Of a stretch of 53,095 nucleotides of DNA, positions 1-15,800 are shown one piece after another. This DNA comes from Vitrella brassicaformis CCMP3155. Taxonomy: Eukaryota; Protista; Chromerida. The notes under the pieces are model-generated. The model was not told the DNA's origin, ran no database searches, and saw only the letters and a list, made by a program, of their open reading frames with translations. The stretch spans positions 1 through 53,095 of the forward strand of contig CDMY01000550.1 of NCBI GenBank assembly GCA_001179505.1, written 5' to 3'. Position 1 is the first letter of the stretch, and each line of letters opens with the position of its first letter. Position numbers and translations under genes: made by a program.

Positions 1-2359
1 TGAAGCCCTTCTCCACCCCCTGTAGGCCATACTTGGCCACCTCGTCCAGCCGGGCCTTGTGCACCACCTCACGCAGACCCAGCAGCCGATGCTGCCCGCC
101 ATCCTGCCCCGCATCGGTGGCGAAGCACTGCAGGGGCCGCTTGGACACCTTGGCGCGCTTCGCTCCCGGCTCCTCCTCATCCTCATCCCCCTGCTGCTGC
201 TGCTGCTGCTGCTCATGCCTCGTCCCGCCCACCACCTCCCTGTTGCTGCTGGCCTTGTACACCGCCGAATGGATGAAGTGCTCCGCCGCCGCCCACACAC
301 GCCGGGCCATGTCGCTGTGCCGCACACCGATGGCCTCCTCTGTGATGGCCTCCTTGGCGGTATCCATGTCGAAGAGGTATGACGCGATGCGCCATGGGAG
401 GGGGGAGAGGGGCAGCAGGTGGGCGAGGAGCGCGGCAAATGTGCGGTGGGGGCGGAGGGCCGCGCTGACGGCCGTCATGACGTCGTCCCGCAGCTCATTC
501 AGCACCGTCGCGTACTCGGCCAGCACCAGCTGTCGGCTGCCGCGGTCCTCCTCTGTGGCCGTGGGGATGCGATTGATGTCGGCACCCGCCCGCAGCAGCG
601 AACGGATGATCAACTTGTACTTGTCACACTCCGCCCGGCGCTCCTCCTTGGTCTGATCGGGCGTGTCCGGGTCCTGCTGTTGGCTGAGCCAATACAGCTC
701 CTGGGCAGCGAGGGCGAGGGGTGTCCGATTCAAGGCGTCCTGGGTGTCGATCTGGTCAGCGGGCAGCTTGCGGCAGAGGTACTTGGCGACATAGGGAGAG
801 CCGCATGCCACCGCCATGTCCAGCGGCGTCTGCCCACGGTCGTCGGCTGCCGTCATGTCGGCGCCGTTCGCGGTGATCAGGTTCAGGTAGCTGTCGATGA
901 AGGGCTGGGGATAGTGCCCCCGTGCGAAGATGGCTGCCACGTGCACCAGATTCAGGCCCTGTCCGTCGCAGTTGTTGCTTGTGTCTTGGTCTCCTTCGGT
1001 GGCGAGGGTGGGGTCTCGGTCGATGAGGCGCTCATACATCGACATGAGCAGCTGCAGATACGCGGGAGGAGGGTCGCGCAGCGTACGGGGCAGCTTCATC
1101 ACCATTGCTCCGCGCAGGTCGATGTCGTCCCGCTCCATCAGCAGGTAGGATGCCGCCTCATTGCCACATCGGATGGCCACACAGATGGGCCTGGCGTCCT
1201 CGTCGTCATGATCATTGCCCTTGGCGTTGATATCGGCGCCTCCGCTGATGAGTGCGGTCATGATGCCCTCCTGCAGCCCAGCAGACGACCACTGCGGCAG
1301 GACGACACGACGCTCAGCAAACCCCTCATCATCATCCTCATCATCACCAGGCACATGCGCCTCGATGGGCAGGATGCAGCTGTCGGACTTGTCCTGGATG
1401 GCGAGACTCAGCAGCGGGTAGGCATTGCCAGACGTCTCGCAGCCCTTCTCCCGCAGCTTCGGCGCGACACTCGGATCGGCGCCCTGTTCGGTGAGGTCGG
1501 CCGCTTGCTGTTGGCTTGTGATGGTGCGGCCGATGATGCGCCGGGTCAGCTCCTTGGTTTCGTCGGTGGTGTCGTAAGGAAATCGGGCCTCGATGTCAGT
1601 AGGGCCCAGACAGCCCTCAGGTACAGCAGCGGGGGTGCCCGCCACGACCTCAACACTGACCCCTGCCGCACACAGCCACCACACCACACGACGGGCAGAG
1701 TGAATGTGAGCGGGCATTGCGACCTCTTTCGTGTGAGTCTGTCTGTCTGTCTGTCTGTCTGCTGGCGTACCGTCCTCCTCATAGCCGTCGTCGGATATGT
1801 CGCTGTCTGAGTCACTGTCGGCCTCAGCCACGTCGTCGTCATCACCATCCCCACCCTCCTGCATACCATCCTGACACCACAAAGGGCAAAGGAAAGGAAT
1901 ACGTGACGGACATCGCACCGACTCGTGTTGGTGTTCATGAGTGCCTCACCGATTCGCTATCTTCCCCCTCGTCAGCCATCCCGCCGTCGCGCTCCTCCTC
2001 CTCCTCCTGCTGCTGCTGCTGCTGCTGCTCGTCTAAACGCACAGACACACATCGACACGTGTGCGACACAGACACAGACATGGTCACGGTGCTGGTGGTG
2101 TGTTGATTGGTTTGTGTGGCATGCTCTCACTCACCGCAGTCGATGCCATTGCGATTGTTTTCCTCTAATGGTCCGCCGCCGCCGCCTCCGCGCCCCTCGT
2201 CGTCTACGTCGCCTGCAAACACAAGGAAACGAACATACACACACACACAGACACAGAGTGCAGTGAGAGGCGATGCTGCATGTGTGTGTCTGTGTCATCT
2301 GCATTTGTTTGGAATGTACCTCCATCGCTATCGCCGTCGGCATCGTCACAGCCAGACAT
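1..2359 (-). CDS. Ankyrin-repeat protein of a lineage-expanded family, multi-exon, 3' end outside the window
   Basis: The minus-strand frame is open from about 1660 to position 1: ...GIMTALISGGADINAKG...LITANGADMTAADDRGQTPLDMAVACG...IIRSLLRAGADIN...QQQQQQQGDEDE...LREVVHKARLDEVAKYGLQGVEKGF. Acidic 5' exons start MSGCDDADGDSDG at 2359, by alignment to the paralog at 41271-43907. Confidence 0.85.
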
Positions 2360-2573
2360 GGCTCAAACGCACAGCAACAGCTGCATTCACCTCACAGACA
2401 GAGAGAGAAGGGACGGGCATGCTGCTGGTGCAGGTGCTGCATTGTGTGTGTTTGCCCACCCGCTATGAGCCGATAGATGGCTTCAAGTTGGCTGTACAGC
2501 AAACTCTCAATCACCCCACCCCGTCGGCAAGGCATAGGGGCGATGGGTCGAAAGGGAGATGGACAGCTGGAGG

Positions 2574-3264
2574 ATGGCGCCAAGAAAAGGTTAGGGCTCG
2601 AACCCTGTCGTTCCCGAAACCCTGGCGTCAAAGACTGTGGCGTGGAAGAGCTGATCAAATGGGGTTCAAGAAGGGCCACGGAGGACACTGGTCAGACAAG
2701 AACAAGAACGTGATGTGATCCGATTGTGATGTGTCATAGCTCGTGGGATTCTCTGTTGTATGCGCTGATCCATCCGTCAGGGATGCCCGGCGACGGAATG
2801 AGGCCAAGAGGAAGGCCTCAGAGGATATATGGCGTCCCTCAGGGAAAGCAGCGGCGCCCAAGAAGAGGACGCGCAGACAACAGGCGCACTCAGGTCGGTC
2901 AGAATCATCCGCCAGCACCGACTACTGTACGACCAACCACAACGGGTGTGCATTCATTGGGCTTGGTTCGTTGGTGCGCTCTTCTCACAGAGCCGGCGGC
3001 CAGCGTGGCTGAGTCAGACCAGGTCAAAGTCGAGCCTCAGTCGAGTGCGGCTGCGGGCGAGTCGAGCGGGCAGGGCCAGGCGCAGCGTTTGGGTGAGGTA
3101 GAGCGAGAGTTGGTGTGTTCGTACCGGCCTGATGAGCCCGAGAGTTTGGACATGCGGGCGGTGGACTTGTACTTGAAGCACGGCCTGGGGTCTGACCAGG
3201 TGCCCGCCCCCGACCAGCTCATCTACCCCTATCGCAACTTCATCTTGGCCGACGGTAGGTACAC

Positions 3265-3295
<31 letters not shown>

Positions 3296-3639
3296 TCGAC
3301 TGGCATAGATGTGTGTGTGTGTGTGTGTGTGTGATGATCATTGTTCTGTTCAGAGCAGTCTGGTGTGAGTGTGTGTGTGGAGGCGTCGGATGAGATGCGT
3401 GGCGTGACGGTGGCCGATGTGGCCTTGTCCCTCGTAGCCCAGAAATTACCGTGAGTGAGAAGGAGAGAGTCCCACAGACAGACACGCACATACGCTGCAA
3501 GCAACAGAGAGAGCGGAAACGATACTGCACCCACTCGCCGGCCTTGCCTGCGTCTTTCGATCGTCGTCACAGGTGTCTGGCGGGCGCGTGGCGCCAGAAT
3601 CGGGGCCGTTACTCCATCACCGACAAGTCGAATAGATGA
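2574..3639 (+). CDS. Hypothetical multi-exon protein with a basic N-terminal region; start uncertain
   Basis: Exons splice in frame: RDARRRNEAKRKASEDIWRPSGKAAAPKKRTRRQQAHS | EPAASVAESDQVKVEP...YPYRNFILADG | EQSGVSVCVEASDEMRGVTVADVALSLVAQKLP | CLAGAWRQNRGRYSITDKSNR*. The introns are GT-AG, e.g. 3255-3353. No family recognised. Confidence 0.5.
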
Positions 3640-4334
3640 GAAAACATCACTGTGAGCGCACGCAAGCATGATCACACGCATCACAGCTCTTGACCTGTAC
3701 ATCAACACGGTGACCACAGCTCTTGTGTTACCTTGATGTGCGGGTGTGTGGTGAGTGTTTGCAGTGCAGACCTCTCAACGGTCCCCCTTGTCGATAGCTA
3801 GCTGGTCAGTCATGTTGATGTGCTTGTGCGCTCCGTGTGTGTGTGACAATGATGCTGTATGCTGCTGCTAATGCGTGGTTGCATTTCGCTCCGTGATCAT
3901 GTGCGTGCAGTGTAATCAATCGGTGGCTGGCTGTCCATGTATGGCGCTCAATGCATTCAAGACGCTATGCTCCGCACGCATACGACATGTTTATATATAC
4001 AGACACATGAATGTCCATGTGTGTGTGTGTGTGATTGTCCAATTAGTCAATGCATTCGTCACAACCAATCACACGACAAGGCCCAAATCGCTGCGCCCTT
4101 GTCCATCGAGGAATGCACGGCACTCAGCAGAGCGGAACGCATCATAGAGCAGCCGCTCATACCGCCCGTTTGCCTCTTCGGGCAAGGGCGCGCCTGTGCC
4201 ATCGACAAAGAAGGTGCTGCGAAGCTCTGCACATCAATCATAGGCACAGCCATACACACACGCAAGACAGACACGGGCAGTACAGTGTCTGGAGTGATCT
4301 GATTTCATCTGATCTGGTTTGATCTGATTGTGAA

Positions 4335-5900
4335 TTACTTACTTGGTTTGTCGTAGCACAGCTGTGCAATCAGACCATCGAAGTGTGACAGCTCTTTGGA
4401 CGACGCACTCAGGGCCACTTCAGCGACTGAACACGCCGCGCCCATACAGACAGAGAACGGACGAGTGGCTGGTGCGGTGTGCGACACGGCGTGTTAAAAC
4501 TGACCTTGGAATCCCTTTCGCAGAGCCTCCTCCGTGATGACCTGTCCGCACACGGAGCCAAACACGAGTGCGCTAGTGTGACATACACTTGGCTGGCTGG
4601 GCGATATGTCCATTACCTCTCTCTCACCTCACCTCTTGTGTGGCGTGGAGCAGTGCCTGCGGCGATGAGAATGTGTCTGGGAAGGCCGTGCTGATGCCTG
4701 AATGGAGCAGGGACATGACAATGCCTGAATGAAATGAACCAGGATGGGATGAGTGAGTGTTATCCGACCGACCAGTGAGGAAGTCCGAGTGCGTCCGGTT
4801 AGCACGGTACCTTCCTTGCCACACACACACACACAGACACACACACAGACACACACAGACACACACACAGATAGACAAAGAGGAGCAGACAGACCGATAT
4901 CGTGTCATCACGGTGTCGTGGCTCACGCATTCACTTACTGCGGCTGGCGCTGCGGCAGTGTCAGATAGCGGCCCATGCGGCCATCTGACGTCACACACGC
5001 ACACAACACACCGAATCCGCGATCAAGCAGGTGAGCGACGCTGTGGTGTGCCGTGGTGCGCACCGTCCACTTTCCAGAGGAAGGACGTGTGGTGCACAAA
5101 CCGATCCTTCGTGAAGCTCTGACAATACAGAAAGATATCCGCAAGAGATGGGGGGGATGGGGGGGCACCAACTGACACACACATAGTAGTTCTTCACCTG
5201 TGCGTTGCCGGCCACCTTGCGCATCGACCCGTCGGCCATGCGCACCACATAGTCGTTCTCGGCCACGCCAAAGCCAGACGGCGCGCCAAAGACACCCTCA
5301 TACAGCCGCCTGGCCACAGACACGCAAGGCAAGCACAGCGCAGGTAAGCTCGTATCGGTGTGTCCGTCCGTGTCTGTGTTCTGACCCGGTCCATCGCATG
5401 ACGGGTCGTGGGAAGGGCTCCACGCCAGTGAAGGACTTGGGCAGGATCATGCTGCACAGCAGCACGTTCTCGTCAACCAACACAGTGCCGCCGCCCTGTA
5501 GACACACACACACAGACACACAACGCATGACACACCCACACACGCGGCGTTCTGAGGGGGTGTCACTCTCTGTCCTTGACCCACGCTATATCGCCGGACC
5601 AGAGGGATGCCTGCATCAACAAAATGCACAGATGCGCGCAAGTGAACCACTGCCTTTGGTCTTCGCCTCGCATACCATACCATCCTCCGTCGCATTGTCG
5701 ACATGTACGAGCTGCTGCGGCTTGCCCGATATTCCCAGCACCACAGTCGGCTTGGCGGCCCATCCCGCCCCCCAGTTGAGCAGCACCCACGCCGCTTGTG
5801 GTGGTGTGGTGCGGTACAGGGCCTCCTCCAGCAACAGCTGCTGGAAAATGGGCAGCGAAGGAAGCCGCAAGAACGTCAGCACAGACGCAGACGACGTCAT
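4335..5900 (-). CDS. lplA: Lipoate-protein ligase (BPL/LplA/LipB catalytic domain, plant LplA / LipL2-like)
   Basis: Spliced product: MTSSASVLTFLRLPSLPIFQQLLLEEALYR...PTVVLGISGKPQQLV...GIPLVRRYSGGGTVLVDEN...FPRPVMRWTG...ENDYV...RKVAGNAQSFTKDRFVHHTSFLW...LTLPQRQPQYRANRTHSDFLT. It contains the RRxSGGGTV, K-x-x-GNAQ and HHTSFLW motifs. The last exon and stop are less certain. Confidence 0.88.
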
Positions 5901-6125
5901 TCATCAGATTGGCAGATCACCATGTTCTTTGCGTAGATGAGGGCTTTGCTGAGGGTGCAGAGCCTCGGATCTGCGCGAAGTCCCTCCGCCATCTGCGAGC
6001 CGAAGTGCGGCTCGAGCTCGCTGAGCGCGAAGGGCAGGGAAGTGTGGAGGACGTGGCCGGGCACGTGAGTCGTCGTGAGATCCCCGGTGGTTTCGCAAAT
6101 GACAGCGCGAGAGGCGGCAGCATCG

Positions 6126-7638
6126 ATGGCGGACGGGCCGACGCCAGGGGATACGACGCCGACGCTGGTTGTTATTGAGAAGGTCCTCAACTGGACCACA
6201 TTTGCCCGGTTCGGCGGCTCATTCTTCGCCGGGATCTGCGAGGTCAGCACGGAAAACCAGGACAGCGAAAAGCACAGAGGATACTCAATGACATGCTCAT
6301 GTGTGTGTGTGTGTGTGTGTGATTGGGCCTTCTTGCAGATGGTGACGTTCTATCCCTTGGACACCGTTGGCAAGCGGTTGATGTTCGACAGCACCAAACG
6401 GGCGTTTCGAATCGACGAGAAAATGCGGCAGATGCGAGAGGCCATCTTCCTCCACGGCAGGGCAGCGGTGCAGTGGAGCGAGCCAGTCAGCGTCATTCGC
6501 TCTTTCTATGCCGGGTTCCTATGGGCGGGAGTGTACAAGGTCTCACAACGGACCTGGCAATTCGGGTGAGGCAATTGCCAGACCGATATTACGGACAGAT
6601 GGACATCGTGCCGTGCTCACTGTGTGTCTGCCTGGTGATTGCTGCAGTTCTCAGCCGATATTCCGCGAGCTGATTGACCATTCGTGGCCTGATGTGTTCC
6701 ATGCGAGGTTCGGCCACAGGCTGGGCGACGTGTTGCTGTCGGCGACCGCAGGGGCGCTGATGGGCGTTGGCGAGATCATCTTCGTCCCATTCAACATGCT
6801 CAAGATCAAAAGTCAGATGTACAACCAAGACGGGTGGGACAACACCCAATACAAACAATACAAAGGACGCCTTGGCTTGCTTGGCATCAATCAGTGTCAT
6901 ATGCGGATTCTGATGTCATGTCATGTCAGGCCAGTGCTGTCGTTGCTGTCGAGCGGGAGGATCCGCATGCCTGACCTGTGGACAGGATGGACATGGACCA
7001 TGGCGCGGAATGTCCCCGGCAGCTTCGCCCTCTTCGGAGGGCAGGAGGTCGCCCGACACTGGCTCTTCAAACAGCACGATACCTCCGTCGTGCAGGTAGT
7101 CCACACCACACCACACCACACCACACCACACGGCACATGAACACGCGGGCGGATAGGGTGAACAAACCGTCATGTGGTCGTCTGTCTGTTTTCTCAGCAC
7201 TTTGCGGCCTCCATGTTTGGGGCCACGTGTAGCATCCTTGTCGCCTCGCCTTTCGACGTCATCAAGGTCAGTCAGTCAGCAGGGTGCAAACATCACGTCA
7301 CCCCCATCGTTAGTGTGTCCATAATGGAATCGACTGTGTGTGTGCTTGTGTGTCGGGTCGGCAGACCAGGGTCCAGGGGGAGCACTTCGGTCAATCCAAG
7401 AGCGGCTTCGTCGTGGCAAGGTGAGCACACATCCCAGACACACGCGGATGGCCGGCCGCCCACTCTCCTGTCTGACCGTGTGTGCGCTGTCAGGGAATTG
7501 GTCCGCAATGAAGGCTTCCTGGCGTTGCTGAAAGGCGTCACGCCAAAAATGCTGGTGATTGGTCCCAAGCTGGCCTACGGGATGGGCCTTGCGCAGCTGC
7601 TGTCGGCGAAGCTGCTGGGGAGGGAGGGCAACAGATGA
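6126..7638 (+). CDS. GGC1: Mitochondrial carrier family protein, GTP/GDP carrier (Ggc1/Yhm1-like)
   Basis: Three carrier repeats: YPLDTVGKRLM, VPFNMLKIKSQ, SPFDVIKTRVQ. It also has Ggc1-like stretches AGICE, YKVSQRTWQFG, AGALMGVGEI, GWTWTMARNVPGSFALFGG and KGVTPKMLVIGPKLAYGMGLAQ. The start may instead be ATG 6099. Confidence 0.85.
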
Positions 7639-8152
7639 CTGACCCGCGGGTGGCTGTGATGTGTTGTAGGGGTGAGACAGGCGCTGGGTTGGCCAACAGT
7701 TTTGCTGGTTTGTGAGGTGAGTGTGTATAGCATGGATGGCACTGTAGACCTAGACGTGTGCACTAGACCGACGCTGGTGTGTGTGTGTGTGTTGCGAACA
7801 ATGCGCACATTCGTGTTTCATTTGTAGACAAAAGAAAGACATCGAGGAAAGGAAGCATTGCATATAAGACCCCCTGGTGTCTCTCCCCTGCGTGTCTGCA
7901 TCCGTCAACTCAACTCACGATCATGTTGCCTTCATTTGACAGACAGACTGACCAATCAGCTCAGCGCGTGGCCTCTTACCAGCGCCTTTGAACAAATAAA
8001 CGCGTGACAAACTCCCTACTTGTGACGAGCAATCAGCCATCCCATCCCCTCCCCTCCTCTCTCTGTACACACGACACCCCTGTACACCCGCCCGCCAACT
8101 CGCGTACTGACTCAGTACGTGAAGGCATGTGTCTGTCTGTCAGTCTGTCTGT

Positions 8153-8723
8153 TTATTTGGCTGTGTTGTCCCTCGAGAATCTGCGTTCCTCCCTGCGGAC
8201 GAAGAGGGCGTCCTTGGAGATCAGCTCCTGCTTGCCGTACTGTGGCGGCTGCACGTCCATGTTCTTGGGGGCAATGTATTCATTCTTGTATGCCGTCTGG
8301 TACATCGAAGGATCGAACTTGCCGTAATTGAGCCAGTTGCCCGACTGATACATATCGGCCTGGTAGCGCCCGCCGCGGTATTCTTTCTGCGTCTTGCCCA
8401 ACTCGCTGTGAAGAGGGAAACCAAGAAAGAACCGATGAAACGGCCCGCCCCCAAATGTCGGTGTGTTGTCTTGGCTCACTTGCTGCTTGTCTCGTAGCTG
8501 CCCCTCGGCCCGGCGACGAATCCTTGTGCCGGCATGGTGAGGGGGCGGTCCTTGTCCAGCTGCTCCTGGTACTCTCTCTCAAGGCGGGCCCTGAACACGT
8601 CGGCGCACACAGCGACAGACACAGAGCCCCGAGCTCACAGGTGGGAAGGGGAAAGGCGCTTGTCTTTCTTGCTTACTCATGCCAGTTGCCCACGAGCACC
8701 TTCGGGTTATAGGATCTCGACAT
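8153..8723 (-). CDS. Small ciliary microtubule-inner-protein-like gene (NWE/GNW motif; CFAP95/CFAP107/CFAP68-like)
   Basis: Three exons splice to MSRSYNPKVLVGNWHE|ARLEREYQEQLDKDRPLTMPAQGFVAGPRGSYETSSN|ELGKTQKEYRGGRYQADMYQSGNWLNYGKFDPSMYQTAYKNEYIAPK...NTAK*. The N-terminal YxPxVLVGNWxE and the YQTAYKNEY-type motif are typical of doublet MIPs. Confidence 0.7.
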
Positions 8724-8918
8724 ACTCCTGAGCACACACCCCGCAGACAGCGACAGTAGCCTCTCCAGAGGACGAAGAGATGAAGAGGGGCCCGACTCGC
8801 TTGTTGTCTCGCGTACCTTTCAGAGTTCCGAAGTGAGGGCCTCAACAAAAGTGGAACGTTTCCAGAAAGGGGAATACAACGCGCTTCGGTGAACGACGAG
8901 AAGACAAAGACGACCACG

Positions 8919-8926
8919 AGCTCGCA
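8919..8926. promoter_or_regulatory. AGCTCGCA (reverse complement TGCGAGCT) in the MIP/CDPK divergent spacer
   Basis: Exact motif about 30 bp upstream of the CDPK ATG. Confidence 0.35.
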
Positions 8927-8956
8927 TTTGAGCGCCCACGGTGTGGCTTCCGTCTC

Positions 8957-12323
<3,367 letters not shown>

Positions 12324-12879
12324 CAGGGAGGAAGAGAAGATAAATATCCGTAGACAGTAGAGCGTAGAGTAGCTTCATGTTTATTGGGGATTTTATCAAT
12401 ATCATCGAGCAGTGCCTTGTTTTACATGTTTAAAGTGTTTCCCGTGAGAGAGCAGAACTGCACTTTCTCTGTGTGCTGCCCTGTTCGTGTTGCAGTCATT
12501 TTGTGGGGAGAGGGCAGGCGGCCTTGTGCCTCGCCTGATCGTTTGTGCCTCTTGCCGCTTTGGCAAGTAGCAGTTTGTTTGGTAGTCATGCATCCGTAGC
12601 GCTCATGCGTGTATGCAGTCTGGGTTTTGGTGGCCAAAAGATGCCTGTTTGTCTGTATGTCGAGGGCAGAGAGACATGCACATAGAAGTATTGACACGAA
12701 AAGGGGGTTCAGACGAGTCGACGACGAGACACGACAATGCACAAGCACGGACCTACGGTTTTCTCAACAAATGGGATGACGTGGCAGCACAGGCAAGAAT
12801 ACACGAATTGGTCGATGCCGATCCTGTATCAGGAAGACACTGACCTCATGGCCATGGAAAAACCTGCCCACTGGTGGTG

Positions 12880-15800
12880 TCATCTCTCGGGGCTACTCAG
12901 ACTCTCTCGCCGAATGTTCTCCTGCACAACGAGACAAACAGCTGTGTTAAATGTCTCCAACACCCAGCGGTGAATGCTTACGATAATCTGGGCAATCTCT
13001 TGCGAGTGGGCAACTTGATACGCTGTGCTCTCGTCCGGCAAAGGAAGTGGACTCATTCGATGGCCGGTCCTGCTTGTTGGCGCTTCAGCGCTTTGCGATT
13101 GCTCGACATCTGTAGCTGGCGCCTCTACTATAGGGGCGGCAGCTGATGTCTCCTCTTCCGTCGGAACGCTGCCAGCATCCGACTCTCGCCGATGTGCGGC
13201 GTGACAGGTGCTGTGAATCAGAGTGGGGATCGACTGCTGAGCGGCCGCATAAGTCGCCAAGTCAGATGCATCCTTGAACGGAGTTGTTGTCGTCAGCAGC
13301 CGCGACTGCTGCGCCTGGGACGCTGCTGCGGCGGCCGCCGACGGATGGCCTCTCCTCTCGGGCACAGGTGGCAGCAGGCCAGGCTGCCCTGCATGGCCCC
13401 GTGCTGCGTCATCGTCGTGCGCCACGTCCTCGGAGATGGACCACTCATCTTGAATGACGCACTCCTCTCGCCTCTTTCTCCTTCTCGCCCCTCGTGTGCC
13501 GGGTGGGGCCAGCGACTGGCTGGGGGTAATGCTTTTCGTTCCTGATATACTCTTCGATAGACTCTTGGATAGGCTCTTGCTGCCTTGGCGAAACGAGCGC
13601 ATGACGGGATGGTCGATGATGACCTGTGTACGCGAGACGGAGCGTGAGACATCCCCCTCCTCTTTCGGCTTCGATCGGCTGCCTTGCCGTGAGGCGAGAG
13701 GGTGGTCGCGTGCAGTTGAGGCATGGGAATGCGCGCTGCGCTTGCGATTCTGATATACAACACATGCAGCACAAACGCTTAATCGATGTGTTGAGACACA
13801 TGCTTTCACACATCGTTACCAGAACATATGGAAGAATTGGCTCGTCATATTCGTCCGGGTCTCTGCATACACACGCACTCATGTCATGCGGTTGCCGACT
13901 GCTCCCCCCGGCATGAATGGCTTACTCTGCTGCCAGCCTCCGTTGCCTCTCAAGCTCAAGGTCCTTCAGCCGGCCCCACAAATCGACCATCATAGCACTG
14001 AGAAGACATGAGACCGCAAAAAACCGTCGTGCGTCTACGGGGTCTTTCGGCAGATCTCTTACATGAAGAGATTGACCATGGCCAGCGCCAGCATAATCAT
14101 CGCCAGCACAAACAAGGCAGGGCCCATGAACTGATTTGAATCGTGCAACGGATCGTAGTCAAAATCGCCTGAAGGGAAAGTGCATGCTCAAACGTATTCT
14201 GCCTCCTCTCTTTGCCTCTCTTTGCAGATTGTCCCCACCAAAGGTGAGCCTGACAAGCGATACAAGTGAGCGCCCAAGTGAGCGGAACCCCTCGACGTTG
14301 GCCCCGAATGCCGTGTGAAACAGCATGGCGAATAGCAGAAGAACCTGCGATAGAAAGAGAAACATCGTATGACTGTGGCAGTGTACCAGCGCGATATTGC
14401 TGACCATGATCCCGAAGAGAATGAATGTGACCATCGTGGGAACCATGGCGAAGACTGTCTCACTGAGGGTAGCCATCTCGTAGTTCCAACCTTGGACATA
14501 CCTGGGAGAGGACATGAGGCACGGGCATGCCAGGACTTTGGGTGAGTTGCTTTGTTGTGCATATGTCTCTTTCCACCTGAGTGCCCGCAGGACTCTGAAA
14601 CACTGTAGCAGAGGCACACAGAGGCAATAGTTGGCCGTGATCATGCAGTAAGTAGGAGTCCTTAGGTTATAATATTTGCTCGAAGGGCCGATCTGACCGA
14701 GCAGGAGGCAATGGGTTGGCTATGGCATCGCATGAAAGGATGGACTAACCTCCACGTGCTTTTGCCTGAAGACGTTTTCCGCGTATGTCCGCATACAGAA
14801 GAAGGCGATGAGGGACACGAAGGAGAGAAGGTCAACAACGAACCTGTCACTCACGCAACAGGGATGATGAAGAGCAGCTATAGAATGCAAGCTCGTGTCG
14901 CTCTAACCAGGGGTCACAGCGACATGTGCATACTGTCCGCAGGCCCTTCGTCAGCCCCATCTGAAAGTACGCAAAACAAAGATGCGTCCTTCGCCAGCCC
15001 ATTCGCCGTCCCCTGTGTCGTGAGTACTTTCTGTTTGTTCAGTTTGTGGTGTTTGAAAGGATGGTCAGCATCCACCTCACTGGTCGAGTTGCCGCGATGG
15101 ATCTCAAGCATCACGCTGACCAACAAAAAGCACAAACAAGGACACACATGAGACTGCAGGCGGCCTATCTCCGTGTGTGTCCTTACTGTGTCTACCTTTG
15201 TTTACCTGTACCTTCTGTAGGCGCCCTCCTTGCTGGTGAGGATCTGTATGGAGCAGTAGTTGAATATATAGTGGAGCATGTGGAGGGCGAGGATGATCAG
15301 AATGACGAGCTGCCCGATGAACACAGCCATGTCGAGGCCGCTGCCCGTTATGCTGCGCGTGAACCGGTGCACCTCCATATGCGAATCGAACTCAAACCCT
15401 GAAGGACAACAGAGGCGCTCACTGAGTGTGACACATGAATGGGATGAGCACTGTTGACCTCCATATCCAGAAATCTCCCACGTATATCGATTGATAGCGA
15501 AGAGATTGCTATTGGGATTATAGAGTGTCACGTCGTAAGTCACCTGGGCGGGACATGAGGCAGAGACAAGGGATGGATAGAGTGGCGGTGTCGACTTCGT
15601 GCTTTTTTTACCAATCTTGTGGTGTTAAGGCGGATCCAATTGGCTTCTTGAAGTATCTCAACGGTCTCGAAGCACTTCTGGACAGCAAAGCAAGCACACA
15701 GGGTGACAGCTTAACGATGCAAGTGTACTTCTCTCTGTCCGTACCTGCACATCTGAGAGGTCAAAATCGACGATGAGTCCGCTCGCTGCGCAGAAAAAGA

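Noticed and set aside
419-1810. Long + strand ORF (463 aa) and similar ORFs such as 42063-43097 (-), 22387-22932 (+) and 32281-32772 (+)
   Set aside because: These are antisense shadows of GC-rich coding sequence on the opposite strand, with no motifs.
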